From the NCBI RefSeq assembly GCF_009914755.1, contig NC_060927.1: a stretch of DNA of 64,000 bases; one strand, given 5' to 3'. Below, one piece after another: positions 12,801 to 29,600 of the stretch. This stretch comes from the human T2T-CHM13v2.0 reference genome, Homo sapiens. The first letter of the stretch is position 1. The number at the start of each line of letters is the position of its first letter. The notes below the pieces were generated by a model. It was given only the letters and a program-made list of their open reading frames with translations, was not told the DNA's origin and ran no database searches. The position numbers and the translations under genes were made by a program.

Positions 12801-15330
12801 AATATAAAGGAACCCCAAATATATATGATATACTGTACATGAAATATCAAAGTTCAGAAACTATATATTATATACTGTAGATAAAATATCAAAGTACCCA
12901 AGGTATATATTCTATACTGTAAAAAAAATATCAAAGTACCCAAAGCATGTATTATATACTGTACATAAAATATGAAAGCACATCAAATATATATTATATT
13001 AGGTACATAAAATATGAAAGTACATAAAATATAGATGATATACTGTACATAAAATATCAAAGTAGCCCAAATATATATTATACAGTGTACATGAAATATC
13101 AAAATTTACAAAATATATATTATATAATGTACATAAAATATCAAAGTACCCAAAGCAAGTATTATATACTGTACATAAAAGATGAAAGTACATCAAATAT
13201 ATATTTTATTCTGTACATAAAATATCAAAGTACAACAGATATATATTTTATAGTGTACATTAAATATCAAGGTACCCAAACTATACATTATGTACTGTAC
13301 ATAAAATATGAAATTACATCAAATATATATTATATTAGGTACGTAAAATATGAAAGTATATCAAAGATAGATTATATACTGTACATAATATATAAAAGAA
13401 CCCCAAATATATATTATATACTGTACATGAAATATCAAAGTACACAAACTATATATTATATACTGTACATAAAATATCAAAGTACCCAAGGTATATATTC
13501 TATACTGTACAAAAATATCAAAGTACCCAAAGCATGTATTATATACTGTACATAAAATATGAAAGTACATCAAATATATATTTTATACTCTACATAAAAT
13601 AACAAAGTACACCAGATATATATTTTATAGTGTACATAAAATATGAAATTACCCAAACTATACATTACATACTGTACAAAAAATATGGAATTACATCAAA
13701 TATATATTATATTAGGTACGTAAAATATGAAAGTACATCAAATATAGATTATATACATACATAAAATATAAAGGAACCCCAAATATATATGATATACTGT
13801 ACATGAAATATCAAAGTTCACAAACTGTATATTATATACTGTAGATAAAATATCAAAGTACCCAAGGTATATATTCTATACTGTACAAAAAATATCAAAG
13901 AACACAAAGCATGTATTATATACTGTACATAAAATATGAAAGTACATCAAATATATATTTTATTCTGTACACAAAATAACAAACTACACCAGATATATAT
14001 TTTATAGTGTACATAAAATATGAAATTACCCAAACTATACATTACATACTGTACATAAAATATGGAATTACATCAAATATATATTATATTAGGTACGTAA
14101 AATATGAAAGTACATCAAATATAGATTATATACCATACATAAAATATAAAGGAACCCCAAATATATATGATATACTGTACATGAAATATCAAAGTTCACA
14201 AACTATATATTATATACTGTACATAAAATATCAATGTACCCAAGGTATATATTCTATAGTGTACAAAAAATATCAAAGTACCCAAAGCATGTATTATATA
14301 CTGTACATAAAATATGAAAGTACATCAAATATATATTTTATACTCTACATAAAATAACAAAGTACACCAGATATATATTTTATAGTGTACATAAAATATG
14401 AAATTACCCAAACTATACATTACATACTGTACATAAAATATGGAATTACATCAAATATATATTATATTAGGTACGTAAAATATGAAAGTACATCAAATAT
14501 AGATTATATACCATACATAAAATATAAAGGAACCCCAAATATATATGATATACTGTACATGAAATATCAAAGTTCACAACCTATATATTATATACTGTAG
14601 ATAAAATATCAAAGTACCCAAGGTATATATTCTATACGGTAAAAAAAATATCAAAGTACCCAAAGCATGTATTATATACTGTACATAAAATATGAAAGCA
14701 CATCAAATATATATTATATTAGGTACATAAAATATGAAAGTACATAAAATATAGATGATATACTGTACATAAAATATCAAAGTAGCCCAAATATATACTA
14801 TACAGTGTACATGAAATATCAAAATTTACAAAATATATATTATATAATGTACATAAAATATCAAAGTACCCAAAGCAAGTATTATATACTGTACATTAAA
14901 GATGAAAGTACATCAAATATATATTTTATTCTGTACATAAAATATCAAACTACACCAGATATATATTTTATAGTGTACATAAAATATCAAGGAACCCAAA
15001 CTATACATTATATACTGTACATAAAATATGGAATTACATCAAATATATATTATATTAGGTACATAAAATATGAAAGTACATCAAATATAGATTATATACC
15101 ATACATAAAATATAAAGGAACCCCAAATATATATGATATACTGTACATGAAATATCAAAGTTCACAAACTATATATTATATACTGTAGATAAAATATCAA
15201 AGTACTCAAGGTATATATTCTATACTGTAAGAAAAATATCAAAGTACCCAAAGCATGTATTATATACTGTACATAAAATATGAAAGTACATCAAATATAT
15301 ATTTTATTCTGTACATAAAATAACAAAGTA
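9850..15330 (+). repeat. Tandem duplication with 2685/2686-bp period (about 64 monomers), internally mosaic
   Basis: Identical ORF pairs 9980/12665, 10400/13085, 10676/13361, 12119/14805. CTGTAAGAAAAA at ~9855, 12540, 15226. Confidence 0.85.
10276..10485 (+). repeat. Representative 210-bp 5-mer HOR cassette (m4/m7 hybrid, m8, m9, m1, m2/m3 hybrid)
   Basis: GTAC at 10276 to the next m4 GTAC at 10486 = 210 bp. Private variants: GAAAGCACATC, ATAGATGATATAC, AAGTAGCCC, TACAGTGTAC, AAAATTTACAAAAT, ATAATGTAC, AAAGCAAGT. Copies are tagged by the recurrent minus-strand 65-aa ORF. Confidence 0.9.
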
Positions 15331-18300
15331 CACCAGATATATATTTTATAGTGTACATAAAATATGAAATTACCCAAACTATACATTACATACTGTACAT
15401 AAAATATGGAATTCCATCAAATATATATTATATTAGGTACGTAAAAGATGAAAGTACATCAAATATAGATTATATACCATACATAAAATATAAAGTAACC
15501 CCAAATATATATGATATACTGTACATGAAATAACAAAGTTCACAAACTATATATTATATACTGTAGATAAAATATCAAAGTTCCCAAGTTATATATACTA
15601 TACTGTAAAAAAAATATCAAAGTACCCAAAGCATGTATTATATACTGTACATAAAATATGAAAGCACACCAAATATATATTATAGTAGGTACATAAAATA
15701 TGAAAGTACATAAAATATAGATGATATACTGTACATAAAATATCAAAGTAGCCCAAATATACATTATACAGTGTACATGAAATATCAAAATTTACAAAAT
15801 ATATATTATATAATGTACATAAAATATCAAAGTACCCAAAGCAAGTATTATATACTGTACATAAAAGATGAAAGTACATCAAATATATATTTTATTCTGT
15901 ACATAAAATATCAAAGTACACCAGATATATATTTTATAGTGTACATAAAATATCAAGGTACCCAAACTATACATTATATACTGTACATAAAATATGAAAT
16001 TACATCAAATATATATTATATTAGGTACGTAAAATATGAAAGTACATCAAATATAGATTATATACTGTACATAATATATAAAAGAACCCCAACTATATAT
16101 AATATACTGTACATGAAATATCAAAGTTCACAAACTATATATTATATACTGTAGATAAAATATCAAAGTACCCAAGGTATATATTCTATACTGTAAAAAA
16201 AAATCAAAGTACCCAAAGCATGTATTATATACTGTACATAAAATATGAAAGTACATCAAATATATATTTTATTCTGTACATAAAATAACAAAGTACACCA
16301 GATATATATTTTATAGTGTACATAAAATATCAAAGTACCCAAACTATACATTACATACTGTACATAAAATATGGAATTACATCAAATATATATTATATTA
16401 GGTACGTAAAATATGAAAGTACATCAAATATAGATTATATACCATACATAAAATATAAAGGAACCCCAAATATATATGATATACTGTACATGAAATATCA
16501 AAATACACAAACTATATATTATATACTGTACATAAAATATCAAAGTACCCAAGGTATATATTCTATACTGTACAAAAAATATCAAAGTACCCAAAGCATG
16601 TATTATATACTGTACATAAAATATGAAAGTACATCAAATATATATTTTATTCTGTACATAAAATAACAAAGTACACCAGATAAATATTTTGTAGTGTACA
16701 TAAAATATCAAAGTACCCAAACTATACATTACTGTACATAAAATATGGAATTACATCAAATATATATTATATTAGGTACGTAAAATATGAAAGTACATCA
16801 AATATAGATTATATACCATACATAAAATATAAAGGAACCCCAAATATATATGATATACTGTACATGAAATATCAAAGTTCACAAACTATATATTATATAC
16901 TGTAGATAAAATATCAAAGTACCCAAGGTATATATTCTATACTGTACAAAAAATATCAAAGTACCCAAAGCATGTATTATATACTGTACATAAAATATGA
17001 AAGTACATCAAATATATATTTTATTCTGTACATAAAATAACAAAGTACACCAGATATATATTTTATAGTGTACATAAAATATGAAATTACCCAGACTATA
17101 CATTACATACTGTACATAAAATATGGAATTACATCAAATATATATTATATTAGGTACGTAAAATATGAAAGTACATCAAATTTATATTATATACATACAT
17201 AAAATATAAAGGAACCCCAAATATATATGATATACTGTACATGAAATATCAAAGTTCACAAACTGTATATTATATACTGTAGATAAAATATCAAAGTACC
17301 CAAGGTATATATTCTATACTGTACAAAAAATATCAAAGTACCCAAAGCATGTATTATATACTGTACATAAAATATGAAAGTACATCAAATATATATTTTA
17401 TTCTGTACATAAAATAACAAAGCACACCAGATATATATTTTATAGTGTACATAAAATATCAAAGTACCCAAACTATACATTACATACTATACATAAAATA
17501 TGGAATTACATCAAATATATATTATATTAGGTACGTAAAATATGAAAGTACATCAAATATAGATTATATACCATCCATAAAATATAAAGGAACCCCAAAT
17601 ATATATGATATACTGTACATGAAATATCAAAGTTCACAAACTATATATTATATACTGTAGATAAAATCTCAAAGTACCCAAGGTATATATTCTATACTGT
17701 AAAAAAAAATCAAAGTACCCAAAGCATGTATTATATACTGTACATAAAATATGAAAGTACATCAAATATATATTTTATTCTGTACATAAAATAACAAAGT
17801 ACACCAGATATATATTTTATAGTGTACATAAAATATGAAATTACCCAAACTATACATTACATACTGTACATAAAATATGGAATTACATCAAATATATATT
17901 ATATTAGGTACGTAAAATATGAAAGTACATCAAATATAGATTATATACCATACATAAAATTTAAAGGAACCCCAAATATATATGATATATTGTACATGAA
18001 ATATCAAAGTTCACAAACTGTATATTATATACTGTAGATAAAATATCAAAGTACCCAAGGTATATATTCTATACTGTACAAAAAATATCAAAGTACCCAA
18101 AGCATGTATTATATACTGTAGATAAAATATGAAAGTACATCAAATATATATTTTATTCTGTACATAAAATAACAAAGTACACCAGACATATATTTTATAG
18201 TGTACATAAAATATCAAAGTACCCAAACTATACATTACATACTGTACATAAAATATGGAATTACATCAAATATATATTATATTAGGTACGTAAAATATGA

Positions 18301-21300
18301 AAGTACATCAAATATAGATTATATACCATACATAAAATATAAAGGAACCCCAAATATATATGATATACTGTACATGAAATATCAAAGTTCACAAACTATA
18401 TATTATATACTGTAGATAAAATATCAAAGTACCCAAGGTATATATTCTATACTGTAAAAAAAAATCAAAGTACCCAAAGCATGTATTATATACTGTACTT
18501 AAAATATGAAAGTACATCAAATATATATTTTATTCTGTACATAAAATAACAAAGTACACCAGATATATATTTTATAGTGTACAAAAAATATGAAATTACC
18601 CAAAATATACATTACATACTGTACATAAAATATGGAATTACATCAAATATATATTATATTAGGTACGTAAAATATGAAAGTACATCAAATATAGATTAGA
18701 TACCATACATAAAATATAAAGGAACCCCAAATATAAATGATATACTGTACATGAAATATCAAAGTTCACAAACTGTATATTATATACTGTAGATAAAATA
18801 TCAAAGTACCCAAGGTATATATTCTATACTGTACAAAAAATATCAAAGTACCCAAACCATGTATTATATACTGTACATAAAATATGAAAGTACATCAAAT
18901 ATATATTTTATTCTGTACATAAAATAACAAAGTACACCAGATATATATTTTATAGTGTACATAAAATATGAAATTACCCAAACTATACATTACATACTGT
19001 ACATACAATATGGAATTACATCAAATATATATTATATTAGGTACGTAAAATATGAAAGTACATCAAATATAGATTATATACCATACATAAAATATAAAGG
19101 AACCCAAAATATATATGATATTCTGTACATGAAATATCAAAGTTCACAAACTATATATTATATACTGTAGATAAAATATCAAAGTACCCAAGGTATATAT
19201 TCTATACTGTAAAAAAAATATCAAAGTACCCAAAGCATGTATTATATACTGTACATAAAATATGAAAGCACATCAAATATATATTATATTAGGTACATAA
19301 AATATGAAAGTACATAAAATATAGATGATATACTGTACATAAAATATCAAAGTAGCCCAAATATATATTATACAGTGTACATGAAATATCAAAATTTACA
19401 AAATATATATTATATAATGTACATAAAATATCAAAGTACCCAAAGCAAGTATTATATACTGTACATAAAAGATGAAAGTACATCAAATATATATTTTATT
19501 CTGTACATAAAATATCAAAGTACACCAGATATATATTTTATAGTGTACATAAAATATCAAGGTACCCAAACTATACATTATATACTGTACATAAAATATG
19601 AAATTACATCAAATATATATTATATTAGGTACGTAAAATATGAAAGTACATCAAATATAGATTATATACTGTACATAATATATAAAAGAACCCCAACTAT
19701 ATATTATATACTGTACATGAAATATCAAAATACACAAACTATATATTATATACTGTACATAAAATATCAAAGTACCCAAGGTATATATTCTATACTGTAC
19801 AAAAAATATCAAAGTACCCAAAGCATGTATTATATACTGTACATAAAATATGAAAGTACATCAAATATATATTTTATTCTGTACATAAAATAACAAAGTA
19901 CACCAGATATATATTTTATAGTGTACATAAAATATGAAATTACCCAAACTATACATTACATACTGTACATAAAATATGGAATTACATCAAATATATATTA
20001 TATTAGGTACGTAAAATATGAAAGTACATCAAATATAGATTATATACCATACATAAAATATAAAGGAACCCCAAATATATATGACATACTGTACATGAAA
20101 TATCAAAGTTCACAAACTATATATTATATACTGTACATAAAATATCAATGTACCCAAGGTATATATTCTATAGTGTACAAAAAATATCAAAGTACCCAAA
20201 GCATGTATTATATACTGTACATAAAATATGAAAGTACATCAAATATATATTTTATACTCTACATAAAATAACAAAGTACACCAGATATATATTTTATAGT
20301 GTACATAAAATATGAAATTACCCAAACTATATATTACATACTGTACATAAAATATGGAATTACATCAAATATATATTATATTAGGTACGTAAAATATGAA
20401 AGTACATCAAATATAGATTATATACCATACATAAAATATAAAGGATCCCAAAATATATATGATATTGTGTACATGAAATATCAAAGTTCACAAACTATAT
20501 ATTATATACTGTAGATAAAATATCAAAGTACCCAAGGTATATATTCTATACTGTAAAAAAAATATCAAAGTACCCAAATCATGTATTATATACTGTACAT
20601 AAAATATGAAAGCACATCAAATATATATTATATTAGGTACATAAAATATGAAAGTACATAAAATATAGATGATATACTGTACATAAAATATCAAAGTAGC
20701 CCAAATATATACTATACAGTGTACATGAAATATCAAAATTTACAAAATATATATTATATAATGTACATAAAATATCAAAGTACCCAAAGCAAGTATTATA
20801 TACTGTACATTAAAGATGAAAGTACATCAAATATATATTTTATTCTGTACATAAAATATCAAACTACACCAGATATATATTTTATAGTGTACATAAAATA
20901 TCAAGGAACCCAAACTATACATTATATACTGTACATAAAATATGGAATTACATCAAATATATATTATATTAGGTACATAAAATATGAAAGTACATCAAAT
21001 ATAGATTATATACCATACATAAAATATAAAGGAACCCCAAATATATATGATATACTGTACATGAAATATCAAAGTTCACAAACTATATATTATATACTGT
21101 AGATAAAATATCAAAGTACTCAAGGTATATATTCTATACTGTAAGAAAAATATCAAAGTACCCAAAGCATGTATTATATACTGTACATAAAATATGAAAG
21201 TACATCAAATATATATTTTATTCTGTACATAAAATAACAAAGTACACCAGATATATATTTTATAGTGTACATAAAATATGAAATTACCCAAACTATACAT

Positions 21301-24300
21301 TACATACTGTACATAAAATATGGAATTCCATCAAATATATATTATATTAGGTACGTAAAAGATGAAAGTACATCAAATATAGATTATATACCATACATAA
21401 AATATAAAGTAACCCCAAATATATATGATATACTGTACATGAAATAACAAAGTTCACAAACTATATATTATATACTGTAGATAAAATATCAAAGTTCCCA
21501 AGTTATATATACTATACTGTAAAAAAAATATCAAAGTACCCAAAGCATGTATTATATACTGTACATAAAATATGAAAGCACACCAAATATATATTATAGT
21601 AGGTACATAAAATATGAAAGTACATAAAATATAGATGATATACTGTACATAAAATATCAAAGTAGCCCAAATATACATTATACAGTGTACATGAAATATC
21701 AAAATTTACAAAATATATATTATATAATGTACATAAAATATCAAAGTACCCAAAGCAAGTATTATATACTGTACATAAAAGATGAAAGTACATCAAATAT
21801 ATATTTTATTCTGTACATAAAATATCAAAGTACACCAGATATATATTTTATAGTGTACATAAAATATCAAGGTACCCAAACTATACATTATATACTGTAC
21901 ATAAAATATGAAATTACATCAAATATATATTATATTAGGTACGTAAAATATGAAAGTACATCAAATATAGATTATATACTGTACATAATATATAAAAGAA
22001 CCCCAACTATATATAATATACTGTACATGAAATATCAAAGTTCACAAACTATATATTATATACTGTAGATAAAATATCAAAGTACCCAAGGTATATATTC
22101 TATACTGTAAAAAAAAATCAAAGTACCCAAAGCATGTATTATATACTGTACATAAAATATGAAAGTACATCAAATATATATTTTATTCTGTACATAAAAT
22201 AACAAAGTACACCAGATATATATTTTATAGTGTACATAAAATATCAAAGTACCCAAACTATACATTACATACTGTACATAAAATATGGAATTACATCAAA
22301 TATATATTATATTAGGTACGTAAAATATGAAAGTACATCAAATATAGATTATATACCATACATAAAATATAAAGGAACCCCAAATATATATGATATACTG
22401 TACATGAAATATCAAAATACACAAACTATATATTATATACTGTACATAAAATATCAAAGTACCCAAGGTATATATTCTATACTGTACAAAAAATATCAAA
22501 GTACCCAAAGCATGTATTATATACTGTACATAAAATATGAAAGTACATCAAATATATATTTTATTCTGTACATAAAATAACAAAGTACACCAGATAAATA
22601 TTTTGTAGTGTACATAAAATATCAAAGTACCCAAACTATACATTACTGTACATAAAATATGGAATTACATCAAATATATATTATATTAGGTACGTAAAAT
22701 ATGAAAGTACATCAAATATAGATTATATACCATACATAAAATATAAAGGAACCCCAAATATATATGATATACTGTACATGAAATATCAAAGTTCACAAAC
22801 TATATATTATATACTGTAGATAAAATATCAAAGTACCCAAGGTATATATTCTATACTGTACAAAAAATATCAAAGTACCCAAAGCATGTATTATATACTG
22901 TACATAAAATATGAAAGTACATCAAATATATATTTTATTCTGTACATAAAATAACAAAGTACACCAGATATATATTTTATAGTGTACATAAAATATGAAA
23001 CTACCCAGACTATACATTACATACTGTACATAAAATATGGAATTACATCAAATATATATTATATTAGGTACGTAAAATATGAAAGTACATCAAATATAGA
23101 TTATATACATACATAAAATATAAAGGAACCCCAAATATATATGATATACTGTACATGAAATATCAAAGTTCACAAACTGTATATTATATACTGTAGATAA
23201 AATATCAAAGTACCCAAGGTATATATTCTATACTGTACAAAAAATATCAAAGTACCCAAAGCATGTATTATATACTGTACATAAAATATGAAAGTACATC
23301 AAATATATATTTTATTCTGTACATAAAATAACAAAGCACACCAGATATATATTTTATAGTGTACATAAAATATCAAAGTACCCAAACTATACATTACATA
23401 CTATACATAAAATATGGAATTACATCAAATATATATTATATTAGGTACGTAAAATATGAAAGTACATCAAATATAGATTATATACCATCCATAAAATATA
23501 AAGGAACCCCAAATATATATGATATACTGTACATGAAATATCAAAGTTCACAAACTATATATTATATACTGTAGATAAAATCTCAAAGTACCCAAGGTAT
23601 ATATTCTATACTGTAAAAAAAAATCAAAGTACCCAAAGCATGTATTATATACTGTACATAAAATATGAAAGTACATCAAATATATATTTTATTCTGTACA
23701 TAAAATAACAAAGTACACCAGATATATATTTTATAGTGTACATAAAATATGAAATTACCCAAACTATACATTACATACTGTACATAAAATATGGAATTAC
23801 ATCAAATATATATTATATTAGGTACGTAAAATATGAAAGTACATCAAATATAGATTATATACCATACATAAAATTTAAAGGAACCCCAAATATATATGAT
23901 ATATTGTACATGAAATATCAAAGTTCACAAACTGTATATTATATACTGTAGATAAAATATCAAAGTACCCAAGGTATATATTCTATACTGTACAAAAAAT
24001 ATCAAAGTACCCAAAGCATGTATTATATACTGTAGATAAAATATGAAAGTACATCAAATATATATTTTATTCTGTACATAAAATAACAAAGTACACCAGA
24101 CATATATTTTATAGTGTACATAAAATATCAAAGTACCCAAACTATACATTACATACTGTACATAAAATATGGAATTACATCAAATATATATTATATTAGG
24201 TACGTAAAATATGAAAGTACATCAAATATAGATTATATACCATACATAAAATATAAAGGAACCCCAAATATATATGATATACTGTACATGAAATATCAAA

Positions 24301-26600
24301 GTTCACAAACTATATATTATATACTGTAGATAAAATATCAAAGTACCCAAGGTATATATTCTATACTGTAAAAAAAAATCAAAGTACCCAAAGCATGTAT
24401 TATATACTGTACTTAAAATATGAAAGTACATCAAATATATATTTTATTCTGTACATAAAATAACAAAGTACACCAGATATATATTTTATAGTGTACAAAA
24501 AATATGAAATTACCCAAAATATACATTACATACTGTACATAAAATATGGAATTACATCAAATATATATTATATTAGGTACGTAAAATATGAAAGTACATC
24601 AAATATAGATTAGATACCATACATAAAATATAAAGGAACCCCAAATATAAATGATATACTGTACATGAAATATCAAAGTTCACAAACTGTATATTATATA
24701 CTGTAGATAAAATATCAAAGTACCCAAGGTATATATTCTATACTGTACAAAAAATATCAAAGTACCCAAACCATGTATTATATACTGTACATAAAATATG
24801 AAAGTACATCAAATATATATTTTATTCTGTACATAAAATAACAAAGTACACCAGATATATATTTTATAGTGTACATAAAATATGAAATTACCCAAACTAT
24901 ACATTACATACTGTACATACAATATGGAATTACATCAAATATATATTATATTAGGTACGTAAAATATGAAAGTACATCAAATATAGATTATATACCATAC
25001 ATAAAATATAAAGGAACCCAAAATATATATGATATTCTGTACATGAAATATCAAAGTTCACAAACTATATATTATATACTGTAGATAAAATATCAAAGTA
25101 CCCAAGGTATATATTCTATACTGTAAAAAAAATATCAAAGTACCCAAAGCATGTATTATATACTGTACATAAAATATGAAAGCACATCAAATATATATTA
25201 TATTAGGTACATAAAATATGAAAGTACATAAAATATAGATGATATACTGTACATAAAATATCAAAGTAGCCCAAATATATATTATACAGTGTACATGAAA
25301 TATCAAAATTTACAAAATATATATTATATAATGTACATAAAATATCAAAGTACCCAAAGCAAGTATTATATACTGTACATAAAAGATGAAAGTACATCAA
25401 ATATATATTTTATTCTGTACATAAAATATCAAAGTACACCAGATATATATTTTATAGTGTACATAAAATATCAAGGTACCCAAACTATACATTATATACT
25501 GTACATAAAATATGAAATTACATCAAATATATATTATATTAGGTACGTAAAATATGAAAGTACATCAAATATAGATTATATACTGTACATAATATATAAA
25601 AGAACCCCAACTATATATTATATACTGTACATGAAATATCAAAATACACAAACTATATATTATATACTGTACATAAAATATCAAAGTACCCAAGGTATAT
25701 ATTCTATACTGTACAAAAAATATCAAAGTACCCAAAGCATGTATTATATACTGTACATAAAATATGAAAGTACATCAAATATATATTTTATTCTGTACAT
25801 AAAATAACAAAGTACACCAGATATATATTTTATAGTGTACATAAAATATGAAATTACCCAAACTATACATTACATACTGTACATAAAATATGGAATTACA
25901 TCAAATATATATTATATTAGGTACGTAAAATATGAAAGTACATCAAATATAGATTATATACCATACATAAAATATAAAGGAACCCCAAATATATATGATA
26001 TACTGTACATGAAATATCAAAGTTCACAAACTATATATTATATACTGTACATAAAATATCAATGTACCCAAGGTATATATTCTATAGTGTACAAAAAATA
26101 TCAAAGTACCCAAAGCATGTATTATATACTGTACATAAAATATGAAAGTACATCAAATATATATTTTATACTCTACATAAAATAACAAAGTACACCAGAT
26201 ATATATTTTATAGTGTACATAAAATATGAAATTACCCAAACTATACATTACATACTGTACATAAAATATGGAATTACATCAAATATATATTATATTAGGT
26301 ACGTAAAATATGAAAGTACATCAAATATAGATTATATACCATACATAAAATATAAAGGATCCCAAAATATATATGATATTGTGTACATGAAATATCAAAG
26401 TTCACAAACTATATATTATATACTGTAGATAAAATATCAAAGTACCCAAGGTATATATTCTATACTGTAAAAAAAATATCAAAGTACCCAAATCATGTAT
26501 TATATACTGTACATAAAATATGAAAGCACATCAAATATATATTATATTAGGTACATAAAATATGAAAGTACATAAAATATAGATGATATACTGTACATAA
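14670..26600 (+). repeat. Near-identical tandem duplication, 5914-bp unit (about 141 monomers)
   Basis: ORF pairs offset by exactly 5914 with identical translations (14805/20719, 15351/21265, 16316/22230, 17445/23359, 18955/24869, 19375/25289, 19921/25835). GAATTC at 15409 and 21323; GGATCC at 20443 and 26357. Confidence 0.93.
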
Positions 26601-29600
26601 AATATCAAAGTAGCCCAAATATATATTATACAGTGTACATAAAATATCAAAATTTAGAAAATGTATATTATATAATGTACATAAAATATCAAAGTACCCA
26701 AAGCAAGTATTATATACTGTACATAAAAGATGAAAGTACATCAAATATATATTTTATTCTGTACATAAAATATCAAAGTACACCAGATATATATTTTATA
26801 GTGTACATAAAATATCAAGGTACCCAAACTATACATTATATACTGTAGATAAAATATGGAATTACATCAAATATATATTATATTAGGTACGTAAAATATG
26901 TAAGTACATCAAATATAGATTATATACCATACATAAAATATAAAGGAACCCCAAATATATTTGATATACTGTACATGAAATATCAAAGTTCACAAACTAT
27001 ATATTATATACGGTAGATAAAATATCAAAGTACCCAAGGTATATATTCTGTACTGTAAAAAAAAATCAAAGTACCCAAAGCATGTATTATATACTGTACA
27101 TAAAATATGAAAGCACATCAAATATATATTATATTAGGTACATAAAATATGAAAGTACATAAAATATAGATGATATACTGTACATAAAATATCAAAGTAG
27201 CCCAAATATATATTATACAGTGTACATGAAATATCAAAATTTACAAAATATATGATATATAATGTACATAAAATATCAAAGTACCCAAAGCAAGTATTAT
27301 ATACTGTACATAAAAGATGAAAGTACATCAAATATATATTTTATTCTGTACATAAAATATCAAAGTACACCAGATATATATTTTATAGTGTACATAAAAT
27401 ATCAAGGTACCCAAACTATACATTATATACTGTACATAAAATATGAAATTACATCAAATATATATTATATTAGGTACGTAAAATATGAAAGTACATCAAA
27501 TATAGATTATATACTGTACATAAAATATAAAAGAACCCCAACTATATATTATATACTGTACATGAAATATCAAAATACAGAAACTATATATTATATACTG
27601 TACATAAAATATCAAAGTACCCAAGGTATATATTCTATACTGTACAAAAAATATCAAAGTACCCAAAACATGTATTATATACTGTACATAAAATATGGAA
27701 GTACATCAAATACATATTTTATTGAGTACATAAAATAACAAAGTACACCAGATATATATTTTATAGTGTACATAAAATATCAAAGTACCCAACTATACAT
27801 TACATACTGTACATAAAATATGAAATTACATCAAATATATATTATATTAGGAATATAAAATATGAAAGTACATCAAATATAGATTATATACTGTACATAA
27901 AAATCAAAGTACCCCAAATATATATTATATAGTGTACATGAAATATTAAATTTCAGAAACTATATATTATATACTGTACATAAAAGATGAAAGTACATAA
28001 AATATATATGTTATTCTGTACATAAAGTATCAAAGTTCGCCAGATATATATTTTATAGTGTACATAAAATATCAAATACCGAAACTATACATTACATACT
28101 GTACATAAAATATGAAATTACATCAAATATATATTATATTAGTTACCTAAAATATGAAAGTACATCAAATATAGATTATTAACTGTACATAAAATACCAA
28201 CGTAACTCAAATATATATTTTATACTGTACATGGAATATCAAAGTTCACAAACTATATATTATATACTGTACATAAAATATCAAAGTACCCAAGGTATAT
28301 ATTCTATACTGTAAAAAAAATATCAAAGTACTCAAAGCATGTATTATATACTGTACATAAAATATGAAAGCACATGAAATATATATTATATTAGGTACAT
28401 AAAATATGAAAGTACATAAAATATAGATGATATACTGTACATAAAATATCAAAGTAGCCCAAATATATATTATACAGTGTACATGAAATATCAAAATTTA
28501 CAAAATATATATTATATAATGTACATAAAATATCAAAGTACCCAAAGCAAGTATTATATACTGTACATAAAAGATGAAAGTACATCAAATATATATTTTA
28601 TTCTGTACATAAAATATCAAAGTACACCAGATATATATTTTATAGTGTACATAAAATATCAAGGTACCCAAACTATACATTATATACTGTACATAAAATA
28701 TGAAATTACATCAAATATATATTATATTAGGTACGTAAAATATGAAAGTACATCAAATATAGATTATATACTGTACATAATATATAAAAGAACCCTAACT
28801 ATATATTATATACTGTACATGAAATATCAAAATACACAAACTATATATTATATACTGTACATAAAATATCAAAGTACCCAAGGTATATATTCTATACTGT
28901 ACAAAAAATATCAAAGTACCCAAAGCATGTATTATATACTGTACATAAAATATGAAAGTACATCAAATATATATTATATTAGGTACGTAAAATATGAAAG
29001 TACATCAAATATAGATTATGTACCATACATAAAATATAAAGGAACCCCAAATATATATGATATACTGTACATGAAATATCAAAGTTCACAAACTATATAT
29101 TATATACTGTAGATAAAATATCAAAGTACCCAAGGTATATATTCTATACTGTACAAAAAATATCAAAGTACCCAAAGCATGTATTATATACTGTACATAA
29201 AATATGAAAGTACATCAAATATATATTTTATTCTGTACATAAAATAACAAAGTACACCAGATATATATTTTATAGTGTACATAAAATATCAAAGTACCCA
29301 AACTATACATTACATACTGTACATAAAATATGGAATTACATCAAATATATATTATATTAGGTACGTAAAATATGAAAGTACATCAAATATAGATTATATA
29401 CCATACATAAAATATAAAGGAACCCCAAATATATATGATATACTGTACATGAAATATCAAAGTTCACAAACTATATATTATATACTGTAGATAAAATATC
29501 AAAGTACCCAAGGTATATATTCTATACTGTACAAAAAATATCAAAGTACCCAAAGCATGTATTATATACTGTACATAAAATATGAAAGTACATCAAATAT

